A stretch of 62,768 bases of DNA, counting the filler, from Globobulimina sp. (taxonomy: Eukaryota): assembly GCA_003354225.1 (NCBI GenBank). It is 22 parts of 22 records of this genome, joined end to end, with 100 filler letters (N's around TTAATTAATTAA, not from the genome) between each part and the next. Parts side by side here need not be neighbours in the genome. Positions count along the whole stretch, not along the records: positions 34,303 to 37,060 come from PIVH01005029.1; positions 37,161 to 39,918 come from PIVH01005030.1; positions 40,019 to 42,775 come from PIVH01005031.1; positions 42,876 to 45,632 come from PIVH01005032.1; positions 45,733 to 48,489 come from PIVH01005033.1; 17 more parts are not named here. One strand, 5' to 3'. The position numbers and the translations under genes are program-made. The notes beneath the pieces were generated by a model that saw only the letters and a list, made by a program, of their open reading frames with translations, searched no databases and was not told the DNA's origin. Shown piece after piece: positions 34,645 through 47,134 of the stretch (position 1 is the stretch's first letter; each line of letters opens with the position of its first letter).

Positions 34645-35841
34645 TTAAACAAGAATTAAAGCGCTATTAACAGCGGATAAATATTTTTGATCCATCGTGC
34701 ATTGTTGCGAATATAATGTAACGATAGAAATAACTCCTTTTGATGGAAGTCGAATATCTCCAAATTCATCAAATTGCCAACATTCATTTATAAATCCATT
34801 AACAACTAAGTCAAGTCCAATTGTTGAATCTTGTACCAATTCATTCCATTTTTCTTCATGATCATGTTCCCCTTTTCTACTGATTTGTAATTCCTGTATT
34901 TCAATATCACTGCCTTCTACCTTCTGTTCTGCAGTAGTATCATAATACAAATTACATAAATACTCACATTTCAACCATTTAGTTTTGCACATCTTATCAT
35001 AATATCTTCCACAATATTGAAATTTTAGCAATAAACAGACCATATTAACCACTGAATCTAATGAGAGCATCACCACCATAGCATCTGTAAAAATAATGCC
35101 TTCTAAATATAATATCATCATTATTGTAAGAATTAGCAAGGAGGCGATGACCCACATTACCAACGAGCTGTGTTTTACCATTAAAGCAAAAAGCAATGGA
35201 TTTACAACTGATATATTGGCATGTTTTGGCTCTTGATCATGAGATATGTCCTCATTATTTGCATCAGTTTGACGGAGCAATTCACAAATTGCATGGTCAC
35301 AAACCTTAGCATTACGCATTTTAAATTGTGTGGCACGTAATGTTTCTGAAACAATTACTTTGCGAATATGTGTATTAAAGCGCCATTGTAAAAAACAAAA
35401 TAATATGATATAAACAATGTTGGTGGCAACAAAAATGTCATTATAAAAAGTATTCCATACGACCCCAAATAGGTTAAATAAAGGTAAAACTATAATAAGT
35501 ATCTTCAAATATCGATAGAATTTGTAATTTATTGCAAATAAATTTGATCGAAATGAGGTGGTAAGATATGCTGCGAGTATCAACAGAAATAATGTCTTAC
35601 TCAAATACCAGAGGATGACTTGAATAGTGTTTGATATTTGCTGCTTTTTGTTGTGTTTTAATGGGCTAAAATATAGTGTTGCTGATACACATGACACACA
35701 ATTAAATAAATTGCATATTATACTCGCATAATGAAAGAATTTTAAATATGTTTGGCGTTTATAAAATATACATGCTTTTGCTGTTCCAAATGTAAATAAA
35801 CATAATGCAAATAGCAAGATAATGATAGAAAAGGAGAACAT
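34645..35841 (-). CDS. Divergent 7TM GPCR-like membrane protein
   Basis: Seven hydrophobic segments, long third loop, LDSVVNMVCLLLKFQY...YY...C tail shared with the 5719 gene. Confidence 0.75.
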   Translation of the reverse strand: MFSFSIIILLFALCLFTFGTAKACIFYKRQTYLKFFHYASIICNLFNCVSCVSATLYFSPLKHNKKQQISNTIQVILWYLSKTLFLLILAAYLTTSFRSNLFAINYKFYRYLKILIIVLPLFNLFGVVWNTFYNDIFVATNIVYIILFCFLQWRFNTHIRKVIVSETLRATQFKMRNAKVCDHAICELLRQTDANNEDISHDQEPKHANISVVNPLLFALMVKHSSLVMWVIASLLILTIMMILYLEGIIFTDAMVVMLSLDSVVNMVCLLLKFQYCGRYYDKMCKTKWLKCEYLCNLYYDTTAEQKVEGSDIEIQELQISRKGEHDHEEKWNELVQDSTIGLDLVVNGFINECWQFDEFGDIRLPSKGVISIVTLYSQQCTMDQKYLSAVNSALILV

Positions 35842-36092
35842 TATTAAGCCTTTCCGTAGAAAACTTGAAAGCTAAATTTGTATGTAAAATTGACAAGAAA
35901 TATTAATATTATGGCTAAAATAAATTGATAACATATAACACTAAAATCTAAAAATATGAAAGATGAAAAAAAAATAAGTGTATAAAAGAAAAACACAACA
36001 AATAAAAGTAAATTCGTCAAACAAAACTAAAGAAAAAAAAAGAAAGTGAAACTACAAAATATGAAAAAAAAACAAAAAAAATATAAAATATA

Positions 36093-37060
36093 TCATTTCT
36101 TCGAAGATTTGGGTATTTTAAATCCTTTCAAAGCGGATCTATTCAACTCTAAATTGCTTAAATTCTCTTTATTAAATATTCCAACACATAAAATCGCATA
36201 TTTTTGATCATACGAAATCCCACAATCATAAATTTTAAATTTATTATTATCATTTTTACCATCATCAATTTGATAGGTTTTCACCACTTTATTCGTATTT
36301 AAATTGAATACCTTCACATAATTTATCCCCGTCCTTTGTACCACCATTAAATTCGCACTTTTTTTTAAATTACAAATATGATCCAAATCTTTGGTATTTA
36401 ACCCACATTTCGCTACAAAATATTTATTATTTTTACCGGTATCCTTCTTTTCGTCATCATCATCATTGTTCATTTTAAACATACTACATTTCCGCGACCC
36501 AAATATCAATTCATTCGACTTCCGATTAAACTCAATCGATTTCAACGGATATTTCGAATCATCCATAAATAATTTCGTACTAAACACATAATCCACACTT
36601 TTATCATTATTCACCTCTTTAAATTTCGTATCAAACCCCGCGATATCTACATACATCAAACACTGATCGTGCGACACTGAAAACAGCCATTTGTTATCCA
36701 CAATGCATAAATCATACACAATATCACTATGTCCATTAATTACACACACGGGAAACGACATGAATTCCGACGATAAGTTCCAACACAAAATCATCCCCGT
36801 TGTATCCCCACAAAATACCAAATAATTCATACCATTCTTGTTCTTCTTCTTCTTTTTCTGTTTATTGCCTTTTTTCTTATATCTCCTCGTCACATTCTTC
36901 TCGTTTTTCTCCTGTTTCTCCCCTTCGAACTCCATAAATTTCACACAATGCACTTTGCCAAAACGCAACAACGTTCTACTCCGCAAATTGCATAATACAT
37001 TGCCATTATCTTTCATCTTATAAATAATGACATATCCATTCACCGTATTCTTTAACGAGG
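36093..37060 (-). CDS. WD40-repeat protein, 5'-partial
   Basis: VFCGDTTGMILCWNL; GHSDIVYDL....WLFSVSHDQ. Confidence 0.8.
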
Positions 37061-37160
37061 NNNNNNNNNNNNNNNNNNNNNNNNNNNNNNNNNNNNNNNN
37101 NNNNTTAATTAATTAANNNNNNNNNNNNNNNNNNNNNNNNNNNNNNNNNNNNNNNNNNNN

Positions 37161-37754
37161 TTTAAAGTCTTATTGTCATCACTGACCTATGATAATATGA
37201 AGGCAGTATTTGGTGATGATTATAAACGTATATTAGGAGAGATAAATGATATACTTATAACATCAATATTTACTGCAGCACCAATATACACATTATGTGC
37301 ATTAATATCATTATTAAAAGAATGCGATCCAAGCAATTATTCACTCTCTGCCCTAAAATATACGGATGCATGTTGTAAATTGGTATATAAAGTAATTAAA
37401 ACCTATGATCGTTTTATTTGTCAAAATAGTGATCGTGTACAACAGATTTATATTGAAATTGTGGAATTTTTTAGTGCAATTTCACTTGAAACATGGCAAA
37501 GGACAGAAGCACAAAGAAGATTTCCAATAAAAGTTATACAATTAGTTATTGCCAGATTGGTATGGTTTTGCGGTACTAACTCTAGAGCGCATTTAAATGC
37601 TGCGATTGGAAAATTACAAAATAAACAGCAATTAGTTAAAAATGAAAGATTAATTATGGATTTTATTGATGTCTGTGAAAATAATAAACTACATAATACC
37701 AACCATGGTGGTAATAATAAAATTGATTTAGATTTGGCGCTTTTTGTTGATTGA
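37161..37754 (+). CDS. C-terminal helical region resembling XMAP215/ch-TOG/MOR1; 5'-partial
   Basis: LISLL...KYTDACCKLVYKVIK and PIKVIQLVIARLV resemble the conserved ch-TOG C-terminal helices. Confidence 0.55.
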   Translation, partial: FKVLLSSLTYDNMKAVFGDDYKRILGEINDILITSIFTAAPIYTLCALISLLKECDPSNYSLSALKYTDACCKLVYKVIKTYDRFICQNSDRVQQIYIEIVEFFSAISLETWQRTEAQRRFPIKVIQLVIARLVWFCGTNSRAHLNAAIGKLQNKQQLVKNERLIMDFIDVCENNKLHNTNHGGNNKIDLDLALFVD

Positions 37755-37923
37755 CTGGGCGAAATATATTTTATTATTTATTTTTTCTGGTTGCTATTGT
37801 TTAGTAGATAAGCAATCCTTAATTTGCACGTTCTATAATTATCTCCCTCATTCCGCACTAATTTTAAAGCACTAACATTAGTGTTTTTTATGTAAAAATA
37901 ACAAAAACTTTATCACACGCGTC

Positions 37924-39918
37924 ATGTCAAAAGCCAAAGCGCTGGAACTCAAACCAAAACTGCAAAAGTTACCCAAACATTGGCCAGAAAATGAGAATCG
38001 AGTGTTAATTCGAGAAGGCGTATTATTCATTGGTTAAGCACCCCATATTTGTCTCACCCAAAAAAGCAAACTCAAAAATATTTTGCATTTAGAAGAAGAA
38101 AGTAAAGTGAAGCCTCGCTGGTGCTTTTTATTCAATGATTGTTTCTTAGAATGTAAGCCGGCTTGCGATTTTGCGGAGAATAATACCCGTTTACAAGACC
38201 CCAGCACGCCATTTCGCTTTAAAAATTACATGTTGCTCAACACCTGCTACCTCGACGAAAACCCCTCCACCATAAAAAAGCAAGTGCACAAACTCGAGCA
38301 GCACAAAACCTCTCCCTTTGTACTGATTGGGCATAATTTAGAGGAGAAAATCAGAAATAAAAAGAGCGAAATAAGTTTAATATATTCCTCCTCCGACATC
38401 AATGACCTTACCTTATGGTGCAGCGACATCCATAGTAGCATCTGCAACAGATATCTCTCCATCAACAACGACTTAATGAATTATGGCTGGCAGAACCAAT
38501 ACAGAAAAGGCACCGTTTTCCATGCCGTCTACACTTTACACAACGAGTTAGTGAAACAAATCGGCGTTGACGCCGACATCAAAGACATTGGCGGCCATAA
38601 TTTATTGCACTTAGCGTGTGCCGTAAACAACGTTGACTTCATTGAAGATTATGGCAACAAATTTGACATCGACGCTGTAGATTGCAATGGTTGGAGCGGT
38701 CTACGCATCGCTTCCGACAACGATAACATAGAAAGTGTGCGCGTTTTATGTGACACTTTGTATCCCAATTTAGATGAATATTACCCAGCGGATAAGTCCA
38801 TCAATCCCTACACTCACAAACAGAACGAACACGACACGAACAGATACGAGTTGGATGACCGTACCATATTACATGAATTGTGCAGTCGTGGACAGTCCGA
38901 GTTAGTCTCCATAGTATTAGACACCCAATCCATTAATATGGAAGCTTTGGATGTCAATGGGGCCACACCGTTGCACATCGCAGCGAAAAAAAACGAGGAA
39001 GCTTGCATTCTATTATTATTACAGAATGGCGCACCTCCGAATTTAGCTGATTTTAAAGGCAATCGCACATTGCATAACACGACGAAAGAAATGTGTGCGC
39101 GTTGGTTGATTGCGTACGGTGCGCGCTTGGAATTGTGCAATAAATGGAAGAAATCGTGTGCTGATGCGTGGGGCAATAAGTTGGATAAATATGTGCCTTT
39201 GCTGCAGCATGTGACTGCCACGGATTGTCGCATTCAGGATAACATCGCGGAGAATACTGCTTGGTTTGATGATAAGTTGTCCAATGCGTGTTTGTTGTGT
39301 GGCAATTTGTTTACTATTTGGAGCAGACGGCATCATTGCCGCGCTTGTGGCTTACTGATATGTCAATCGTGCAGTTTGCGGAAGTTGCAGTTTAACAAAG
39401 ATGGGAAACCAACGTTGGAGCGAGCGTGCGATAAATGCTTCAATAAGAACCATAGCAAGTTATTGCGGGAAAAGAAGTATGTGTTTCGAGGCAAATTGTA
39501 TCATATGAAAGCAAGGGATTTTTATAAAATGTGTGTGATGGAGACCAGTATGAAGGGCTCGTATCATATATGGATCAAATCGTTGGAGGAGAAGGAGGAG
39601 AATAATGATTTGTTGATGGTTGGTCTGGATGGAGATGATGAGAAAAAGGAGAATGTAAATGCTGCGTTGCTGAATAGTAAAAGTAAAAGTAGCCCGGGTG
39701 GGGAGGGTGAGGCTGTGGATAAGAAAGGACATCATCAGTTTAGTGCGTCTGTGGGGATCCCGAGTCTGTTTAATCGGAATAAGAAGAAAGATGAAGAGAG
39801 GTATATAAAGCATCAAAGTGCGCAGTCGCAAGCCATGAATCAGACGCAGGAGGCATTGAATAAAGTGCATGAAAGGGCGCAGAAATTGTCTCAGTTGGCG
39901 GATAAATCCGATCAAATG
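37924..39918 (+). CDS. PH + ankyrin repeats + FYVE + C-terminal R-SNARE (tomosyn/synaptobrevin-like) motif; 3'-partial
   Basis: Intron 38033-38092; RVLIREG...RWCFLFND (PH); GATPLHIAA (ANK); WFDD..C..C..F....RRHHCRACG (FYVE); MNQTQEALNKVHERAQKLSQLADKSDQM (R-SNARE). Confidence 0.88.
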
Positions 39919-40018
39919 NNNNNNNNNNNNNNNNNNNNNNNNNNNNNNNNNNNNNNNNNNNNTTAATTAATTAANNNNNNNNNNNNNNNNNNNNNNNNNN
40001 NNNNNNNNNNNNNNNNNN

Positions 40019-40189
40019 TATCATTCCTTCATAGCCACCACATTTGTCATTATTGGGATTCCAATTTCCTCCAATTTCATCAAAATACTCAAATAAGGTA
40101 ACATCATTAACACCGACTTCTTTTAATTCTTTTAAAGGGCCTAACCCTGCAATACCACCACCAATTATTGCTATTTTGCAGTTGTTCAT
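40019..40189 (-). CDS. Flavin-containing monooxygenase, N-terminal fragment
   Basis: KIAIIGGGIAGL...VTLFE...IGGNW FAD-binding motif. Confidence 0.85.
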
Positions 40190-40517
40190 CAAAACTTAGC
40201 CTGGAAAGCAGTGCGCGCACAAAAAAAAAAGCGAAAACTTCAAATTCTGAACCATGTCTTTCATCATTATTATGCTTCCGAGTTATGCTTGACACAGAGG
40301 GTCAATTTATTTAATTACAACGCAAAACATAAAAACATATAATTTTAATAAAGAAAAGAACAATATTTAACAAAAAAGACACCAAAAAACACTTTTAAAC
40401 AACACAAAAAAAACAATTATTAAAAAATAATAACAAAACCAAAAGAAATAAGAAATTATTACATAAAACAATAAAATAAAGAAATTATGACAATATCACA
40501 TAATTCATATTCAGCAT

Positions 40518-42775
40518 TTATCTAAATCCGGGCCACCTTGATTTCTTTTTTTTTGGTGTACCGGTTCTATTTTTATTCCTTCCACTTTGCGACGAAGCTT
40601 TTCTACGGTTTTCAACTGCCGATAACTTAATGTCCGTAATCACAGATTCCGTAATTTGAATATTTGGACTTACATTTTCATCATCAAAAACTTCATCTAA
40701 TTGTGGTGGCGGTGGCGGCAATCCATTCATTGTGAAATGTGGCGATGAAGGCGATGATGCAGGATTTGGTGAGCTGGAATTTGAAAATCCTTTGGGCGAA
40801 ATTGGGCTTTTTCGCGGCGATTTTGCTTTCCGTTTATTCCGTGATTGCCTCCGTTGTGCATAGGACTGTGAACCTGCTCTGTTTGTTTTGTTATTGTTTC
40901 TTTGTCGATTCATAATGGCAGCAAACTGTGGGTCAATTGCGGGGGATCCATTTTTTTTGACTGACGCACGTTTTTTATTTAAATTTTTTTTCGAACATAA
41001 TTGATTTGCCTGGTTCGACGACGTTCGTCTGTGATGACCTTTGCTTTTCAAATTCGGCGATTTCGTACCATTTGAATGGGAATTCGCGTTTAATTCTCTT
41101 TTTTTATTTAATCTTTCTTGTCGTTTGGCTTTCATTTGTATACTTTTTAATTGCTTGGCTTCTCTGGCTCGTTTTTTCTCGATTTCAAGCCCAATTCTTT
41201 GGAACGATTGACTGAATGCATACAAATCTTTAAAAAACTCGAATTTTATATCATTTCTACAGTTAAAAAATTCTGCTAATTTGGTACAATCACTTTTTGC
41301 GGAATCGTGACCTTTTTTCAATTTGTTATAATGCGGCTCAGCTTCGGCTAAAAATAAACTCATTTTCTTGTCAAAAAAATCGAGTTTGGAGGAGGGTGAT
41401 AACACCGCTCGCGGCGACTTTTGATCTTTTTTATTATAATCGGCCAATTTCTTGCGTATTTTATTGATACTCCCACCAATTTTACTCACTTCTGCACTTA
41501 ACTGCGATATATCTAATCGCGAACCGTCTGCTAAAACCTCGAAATCCTTCACAAACTGCAACGCGCTTTTATCTTTTTTGTCAATTTCCAGATATAACTA
41601 ATGCAACAAAGTCATCTTATTATCCACAGATTTGGCAGAAACAATCTGCCGCAACGAATTCAATTTAAATCCAAATGCCTGTCCTTTCGCGGTACCGCCA
41701 TTCATATAATTGCCAAATGCCAAAATATATTGCAATACAATCTTGAATGACTCGCTATTTTTAACATTATCATGCGATTTCCTGTGCAAATTAACAGCAT
41801 TTATACATCACAAAAATAGAAACAATCGTTTTCAAATCGATTCAGTTTACAGAAACCAAAATAAATGCAATGCACAGTATACCTCAAAGTGTCAATTCTA
41901 TCCTGTTGCAGCACCACCAACTCCTTAAATTGCAATTTAAATTCAAACAATTCCATTCTTAACATTAGATCCGGCACATTACACAGCGCCAAAAAGAACC
42001 GCTCCGTATGCGCCAACAAAGTGACATCGCCATCGAAATTGCGCAACAATTCCTGCTCATTTCCATCGGGGATAAAGTTGCGAAGTTTGATTATTTTTTC
42101 TAAGTTCAACACTTTTTCATCCAATTTCAATATCGCTTCTTTAATTTGTTGATGGCTCAATTTAAAGCGACTCAGTCCAATGTCGACGTTATATGACCGC
42201 TTACTATCAACCAAATGTATCTCTTCGTTTTGCTTCTTTTCCTCTTTCTTATTCGCCGCCACTCCATTTGCATGTTTATCCGCTTTTTGCTGCACCACTT
42301 TCCGCTGAAACAGCGACTCAAAAGCTGTCACATCGATATCTATCGCAGAGTCATCCAATCCGTCCCAGATTGTGTTCTTTATCTCTTTCGGCCGCACCGT
42401 GCTCCAATGCAATGCTCTCATTTTCTTATTTGGATTGATTTTCTGTTTCTGCTTCATTCCTTTTATATATTTTTATGAATCAATATCAGAAAACAATAAA
42501 AAATACAAAACCAACCTGGTGGTAACGCATTGGGATCCGGTTTTTTTTTCTTTTTCTTGACAACTTTTTTGGTGGATTTGGATTTTGCACTCGAAGCACC
42601 ACCGCCATTTACCCAATTTTCGAGCATTGCTATTTTATCCGCATCGCCATTTTGTTTCATTTTATTCCTGATCACAGCCATTGGTATTTTCATCTTAGCC
42701 ATTCGTAGATATCTGGCGAGCTCTGGCGGCGGCTCTTTTGGTGCGGGTTTTGTCTCCGCAGTGGCTGAGCTTAGC
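40518..42775 (-). CDS. Formin (FH2 domain), 5'-partial, with one in-frame TAG at 41598-41600
   Basis: KMRALHW, TIW, LVDSKRSYNVDIGL, ILAFGNYMNGG..KGQAFGFKLNSL, TLLH*L; introns 42460-42515 and 41782-41882. Confidence 0.93.
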
Positions 42776-42875
42776 NNNNNNNNNNNNNNNNNNNNNNNNN
42801 NNNNNNNNNNNNNNNNNNNTTAATTAATTAANNNNNNNNNNNNNNNNNNNNNNNNNNNNNNNNNNNNNNNNNNNN

Positions 42876-45632
42876 GAGGATATCTATGGTTTTAGACGGA
42901 GAAATAATTAAATTATTTACCATACTTAATGCGAATGCAAACATTGATAAGCAAACAATCAAAAGAAATTTCCATAAGAATCTGCAAGGTGTATTATCGC
43001 GTCATATGAAAACAAAAATAATTAGAATCGCGAGCAATGGGAACATTAAAAAAGCATTAATGATGATTGACAGTTCGGGCGTAGCAGATATGAACGACCC
43101 GAATAAACATAAATTATTGTTATCAAAGTATCCGCGACGTAAACCATGTAACATCGTAACGAAATTGCCAACCAATCAACAACATATGACTATAATTATA
43201 AATTCTGATATTTTAGACTCTGCAGCATTGAGTTTAAACGAATCATCGGCCCCGGGCGTATCTGGTATTTCCAACAAACATTTTATCAAAATGTGGAAGA
43301 ACAGACAAGGAACAAAATTAGAACCGGAGATCAAACAAATTATATTATTATTTATCAATGGCCAAATTAACGAAGAAGTAGTGCAATACGTCAACGGTGG
43401 CAGAGTAATACCAGCAAATAAAAAACGTACTGATATCAGGCCCATTACTATTAGCAATCTATTGCCGTCATTGGCAATTGCAACCAGTAAGAAAGTCCAT
43501 TTTGAACAGATTGTACGTGCGAGAGATCCAACTCAAATTAGTGAAGAAAAGAGCGGCGGAGAAGCAATGGTATTAGCATTTGAAATGGCCGTTCATTTTA
43601 TAAAAATGGATCCAAATTATTGCATTTTGCAGACTGATTGGTATAACTGCTTCGGTGAGATATTGCGTGAACGTTTATTACGTCAAATTCATACTGATAT
43701 GCCATCGCAATATCTATTAAATTATCAATTGTATGGCAAGAATAACAAATTAGTACTACCCAACGGCGCTCAATTTGAAGCAGAAGAAGGTCTCTATCAA
43801 GGCCAAGCGGGAAGTAATGGTAATTGCGGTTTATCGCAAAAGCATTTTATGCGTAAAGTTTATGAGCGTGCGAGACAACAAAAGCCCGATTTTAATACGA
43901 AAGCAAAGGCATCGTTTGTCGATGATAATTTTTCATTGATGTTGTTAATCGATGCAAATCTCTATATTTCTGTGATAAACGAGTTAGGGCCCAACGAAGG
44001 TTATTTTTTAAACAACAAAAAGAGTGTTATCACGCTTGGCTGTGCGTGGAACGAAATATCTCATTTAGTCAGCGAGTCATTAGCATTATTTAAGCGATTT
44101 GAATTTGGACAAAGTGAATGTCTGAACATACCAATTGGCTCTCAGGAATACGTCAGCAATTATATGGTAGCAAAGGTTGAATTTTTCCAAAAATCATTAG
44201 AACGTATTAATACCATCGATAATGCCCAGTTTATGTACAAAATATTAAAGGATTATAATAATCTCTCCCAAATGGTATATTGGCTAAGACGTATACCGCC
44301 GAAATTGGCCATCGCCATAGCCAGGAAATTCGATATGATGCTTAAAGAGCAAATTAATAATTTATGTGGCTTTAATTTGGATTATTTACAATGGCTACAA
44401 TGCACTTTATCGATAAACAAAGGCGGTTTAGGCATTAGAACGGCGACAGATAAGTTATACGCGATTTATTTACCAGCAATGAAGTCAGCAATGGAAATTG
44501 TACCACGTTTAGTTGATCCGGAAATAATTAAGTTATTTGATAAGGAGATTGAGCTCCGCACAGATCGATGTATATCAAATTATAATGCATCCGTTGCAGA
44601 TAGGCATAAAATTACGACATTTGATCGCAAGGTCCATACTACCAAATGGATGACAAAAAATATACAAAGCAAACAATTGAATACATTGATGCATTGCAAA
44701 TCAGGTAAAAACAAAGCAGCATTATTGGCACAAATGAACAAGAATTCGGGAGCATTTTTTAATATTGCAATGCGCAGTGGTTATGGCCAAATATATACCA
44801 ATTCGGAGTTTAGAATTTTAATCAAAAAACGATTGCGAGTGGCGATGATTGCCGACGACGAACAATGTCTTTGTTGTTATGAGATCTTAGATGAATATGG
44901 GGATCATGCAGCGGTGTGCAAATTTGGCAGAGGGATCATATTTAGACATGACCTCATTGTCAAAGCATTTTCGACTTTGTTGAATCAGGCAAAAATAGCA
45001 CATTCCATTGAATTACGTCATTTATTTGACGACAAATTGTTAAAGCCGGCAGACATTTTTATTAAAAATTGGGGTTTAAATTGCGAAGAATATGCATTTG
45101 ATATCGGTATTACATCCGTATGCGCTGAAAGTAATTATGTCGAGGCAGGCAAACATTTATTAGTAACTGCAAATTCATTTTATAATCATAAATTAAATAA
45201 ATATAAGAAATATGTCATTGATAAAAAGATTAATACGAGACAGTTGGTTTATGTTCCGTTAATTATTGAAGATTACGGTGGTTTACATCGTGAAACCGTT
45301 AAATTTGTTAAGCAAATCGCAAAACGTAGGTCGGCGAACATGAACATTGAAGTTCCCGATTCCATCGGCTATTGTTTTCAATATATCAGTTCTTGTCTGA
45401 TGAAAGCTAATGCCATTGCTACCTTAAACCATTATGACATTTATCGCACATAATCCAATTAAATCTATTCAATTCTTAATCCATTCGTTGAACCAATCAC
45501 ATAACTAAATTTATTTATTGATTGTTTGCATTATTTATTTGTTATTTGTTCCCAATTTATTCTGAGATCATTGTTTTGTTTATAGTTTGGATTTGTTTCT
45601 TTTTGCAAAATTACTATAACAATTTTATTCCT
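42876..45632 (+). mobile_element. Non-LTR retrotransposon with RT and restriction-like endonuclease (CRE/SLACS-type); ORF 42886-45453, 5'-partial
   Basis: SAPGVSG, DIRPI, D..N.F, GLYQG, FVDD, GGLGIR, CxC-x8-H-x3-C knuckle, RHD, KPADI, AFDI, K..KY, PLIIE.YGG. Confidence 0.93.
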
Positions 45633-45787
45633 NNNNNNNNNNNNNNNNNNNNNNNNNNNNNNNNNNNNNNNNNNNNTTAATTAATTAANNNNNNNNNNNN
45701 NNNNNNNNNNNNNNNNNNNNNNNNNNNNNNNNGAGTAAATCAATCGATAACAATTTGAAGAATATCCATATTCATTCAATTGCCATC

Positions 45788-47116
45788 ATGTACAAAATCA
45801 AAATTAATAACATTAACAATCAAAATAATAACAACAACAACAATAAAAATCAAAACAATGACAAATCAGCAAATATTACACATGTAATCGATCGAATCCG
45901 TAATACAAAATTAAAGCGTTCACGTCGCGAATTTGCTGAATCATCATTTGAAAACAAACAAAACTCGCAAAATAGTCAACAAATTGCAATCCCACTTAGT
46001 CCAAACTCAAAATTGCATGTAAAAATTGAAAAAAACACGGCTATCATCGAGAAATTTCAAGATTTTTTAACCAAAAACGAAGAGAAACCCAATAAATTAA
46101 TCGACATTCGACTCCATCCATATTTACAAATCGCCATGAAATTCGTTTCAAAGATCCAAAGCAAACGAATATCTGCAATTAATTACGTAGATAAGATAAC
46201 AAATGCAATTCATTCACATTCTGAAGAGTTAGCATTAAAAGGCAAATATGACAAATTTCCGTATTGGATCGGTTACAAAAATAACAGATTCCAATTAAGC
46301 CATCCTTTGATCCAAGAAAAATTGGATAAAAAATTGGCAAAATTAAATTTCAAACACAACAAAGAGATTTTAGAAGAAGTTGAGTCGCATTTATTGGAAA
46401 TTAATAATGTTTATATGAGTGATTTAAAAGTGATAATCGATCACTCTTTGGATGAGCATCGAAAATGGTGTTGGATACAAAGCGAGTTTTTAACTCAAAA
46501 AAAGTCACATAAATATACATTAAATCTAGATTTAGAGCATGAAGACCAACAAATAATTGACAAGCAAATAAAATTAGAATATGGTCGAGAATATCAATTA
46601 GATCAAAAGCGTTTATTTTTGCAAAACATTAGCAAAAATATACAATTTCATATGCAAAAAAACAGCCAAATTTATCTAAAACCATCGATAGATCCAATTT
46701 ATATGAACGCCGCCAAAGAATTAGTTGATAAAAACAAGAAATTAAACAAAATGCCTCCAAAATCTACAAACTTTGCCCACAACAACAAAAACCATAGAAA
46801 CAAGAATGCCAAACATAGCAAATTTGGAAAGAATAAAAACAAAAAATCTTTCTATACCAAATCCTTCCAAAATAAATTGGGCAAAAACAAAAACAACAAA
46901 AACAATAAAAACAATAAAAACGATAAAAACAGAAAGAAAAAACACAAAAAACATTACAGCGATTTGACGGATCAGCAAAAATTCGGAAATATTAACAAAA
47001 ATATTCTGGATTTGGCGCCATCATTGAAACCATTGCAAATTCGGTTGGATAGCAACGCGCAAAATATTATAAATGACGCGATGTCCGACGACGAAGCAAT
47101 GGATAATCATTTATGA
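45788..47116 (+). CDS. ORF1 of a Penelope-like element (helical/coiled-coil, Lys/Asn-rich basic C-terminus)
   Basis: Intronless ORF directly upstream of the RT and in frame with it. Confidence 0.7.
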   Translation: MYKIKINNINNQNNNNNNNKNQNNDKSANITHVIDRIRNTKLKRSRREFAESSFENKQNSQNSQQIAIPLSPNSKLHVKIEKNTAIIEKFQDFLTKNEEKPNKLIDIRLHPYLQIAMKFVSKIQSKRISAINYVDKITNAIHSHSEELALKGKYDKFPYWIGYKNNRFQLSHPLIQEKLDKKLAKLNFKHNKEILEEVESHLLEINNVYMSDLKVIIDHSLDEHRKWCWIQSEFLTQKKSHKYTLNLDLEHEDQQIIDKQIKLEYGREYQLDQKRLFLQNISKNIQFHMQKNSQIYLKPSIDPIYMNAAKELVDKNKKLNKMPPKSTNFAHNNKNHRNKNAKHSKFGKNKNKKSFYTKSFQNKLGKNKNNKNNKNNKNDKNRKKKHKKHYSDLTDQQKFGNINKNILDLAPSLKPLQIRLDSNAQNIINDAMSDDEAMDNHL

Positions 47117-47134
47117 CATTCAAATCATGAAAGA

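Noticed and set aside
41598-41600. TAG reassignment (variant genetic code)
   Set aside because: Single case; other long genes contain no internal TAG, and TAG ends the ORF at 68-70.
46240-46290. GKY...YWIG in PLE ORF1 as a GIY-YIG nuclease
   Set aside because: Spacing between the two motifs is too short and the downstream conserved residues are not evident.
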